DNA from: a virus
Taxonomy: Duplodnaviria; Caudoviricetes
Strand: one strand, 5' to 3'
DNA: 26,015 nucleotides
Virus record (IMG/VR): IMGVR_UViG_3300020045_000751
Coordinates: 1 to 26,015 of that record
In this document: one piece after another, positions 25,603 to 26,015 of the stretch
Layout of the letters: the number at the start of each line of letters is the position of its first letter
How positions within the stretch are numbered: the first letter of the stretch is position 1
Notes under the pieces: generated by a model
The model's input: the letters and a program-made list of their open reading frames with translations, nothing else
The model's database searches: none
What the model was told of the DNA's origin: nothing
Translations under genes and position numbers: made by a program

Positions 25603-25766
25603 TGTTTCTCCTTGTGTTTGCATCCGTCGCACTTCTCGTCTGTCTTCCCGAGTTCCGTCTTCGTGTATTGACAGGCCATCGTCATAACGTGCCTGATTTC
25701 CTTGACGCTTCCTGTTGCGTGGTAATAATTGTTGAATGGTTCGCGGTTATGGCAGCCGTAGCTCAT
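25599..25766 (-). CDS. Small Cys-rich phage protein, 55 aa
   Basis: MSYGCHNREPF...MACQYTKTELGKTDEKCDGCKHKEKQ, with ATGA overlaps at both ends. Absent from the ORF track. Confidence 0.75.
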   Translation of the reverse strand: MSYGCHNREPFNNYYHATGSVKEIRHVMTMACQYTKTELGKTDEKCDGCKHKEKQ

Positions 25767-25900
25767 TTGTTCATCTTTCGTGCTTCTGCCCGATAGTGCC
25801 GGGCGATTTCTTCCAACCCCTCTCGGGTGTATTTGCGCAGCGTGTTGTCGGCCTCGATCAACTCCACAGACTTGATCCCGATGCGTTCAATCAAGCCCTT
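25763..25900 (-). pseudogene. ninG: NinG/Rap C-terminal fragment
   Basis: KGLIERIGIKSVELIEADNTLRKYTREGLEEIARHYRAEARKM resembles the NinG C-terminus. The HNH-like Cys core that should precede it is missing on this strand. Confidence 0.7.
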
Positions 25901-25972
25901 GAGCAAAAAGGCTGGATTGAGCGCAATGCAGCGGGCAAATACCGTTTCGCCCGCCCGAAGGTGCCCGCATGA
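25892..25972 (+). pseudogene. C-terminal fragment of a winged-helix protein (inverted segment)
   Basis: QALEQKGWIERNAAGKYRFARPKVPA* resembles a wHTH recognition helix plus wing. Its stop overlaps the next ATG. Confidence 0.55.
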
Positions 25973-26015
25973 AGCCATCCACATGCAAGGTCTGCCGCTG
26001 CGAGTACGTCAAGGC
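25969..26015 (+). CDS. ninG: NinG/Rap N-terminus on the opposite strand (runs off the window)
   Basis: MKPSTCKVCRCEYVK resembles the CxxC N-terminus of NinG-family proteins. ATGA-coupled. Only 15 codons are visible. Confidence 0.55.
   Translation, partial: MKPSTCKVCRCEYVK

Larger units (their letters stand above)
1..26015. mobile_element. Temperate P22/APSE-like podophage genome segment (attP region, lysis, tail, head, packaging and nin modules)
   Basis: Contiguous, mostly translationally coupled terS-terL-portal-scaffold-coat-gp4-gp10-ejection-tailspike-lysis order. No tape measure or sheath gene. No host housekeeping genes in the window. Confidence 0.95.

Noticed and set aside
25893-25900. 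AAGCCCTT shared between the inversion junction and the att-core edge (1374-1381, minus strand), hinting at integrase-driven inversion
   Set aside because: An 8-bp match is plausible by chance in 26 kb, part of it lies outside the tRNA-identical core, and no arm or IHF sites were seen at the junction.
25763-25984. 73-aa minus ORF and 78-aa plus ORF (25736-25972) as intact genes
   Set aside because: Each is better explained as a real gene fragment fused to antisense sequence across the junction.

Overview
The whole window is one temperate P22/APSE-like podophage genome segment. The tRNA-Val(TAC) fragment it carries suggests a Betaproteobacterial (Burkholderiales-like) host, which is an inference. 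Most genes are on the minus strand. In order of transcription they are: nin-type accessory genes, terS, terL, portal, scaffold, coat, gp4-like adaptor, extra fibre/spike genes, gp10-like hub, needle-like protein, three ejection proteins, two more tail proteins, an expanded lysis cassette and a terminator. At the left end, a 48-bp tRNA-Val 3' fragment is flanked by inverted IHF-type sites, with phage genes on both sides (attP-like). Beyond it lie a degenerate C5-methyltransferase-like gene, a small DNA-binding gene and the 5' end of a probable integrase that the ORF track misses. The main oddities are an inversion junction splitting ninG at ~25895, a frame-broken collagen-start fibre gene at ~17290, at least three receptor-binding/depolymerase proteins, two internal promoters with the same hairpin architecture, and candidate structured RNAs. 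All family calls come from recognising motifs by eye; no searches were run.
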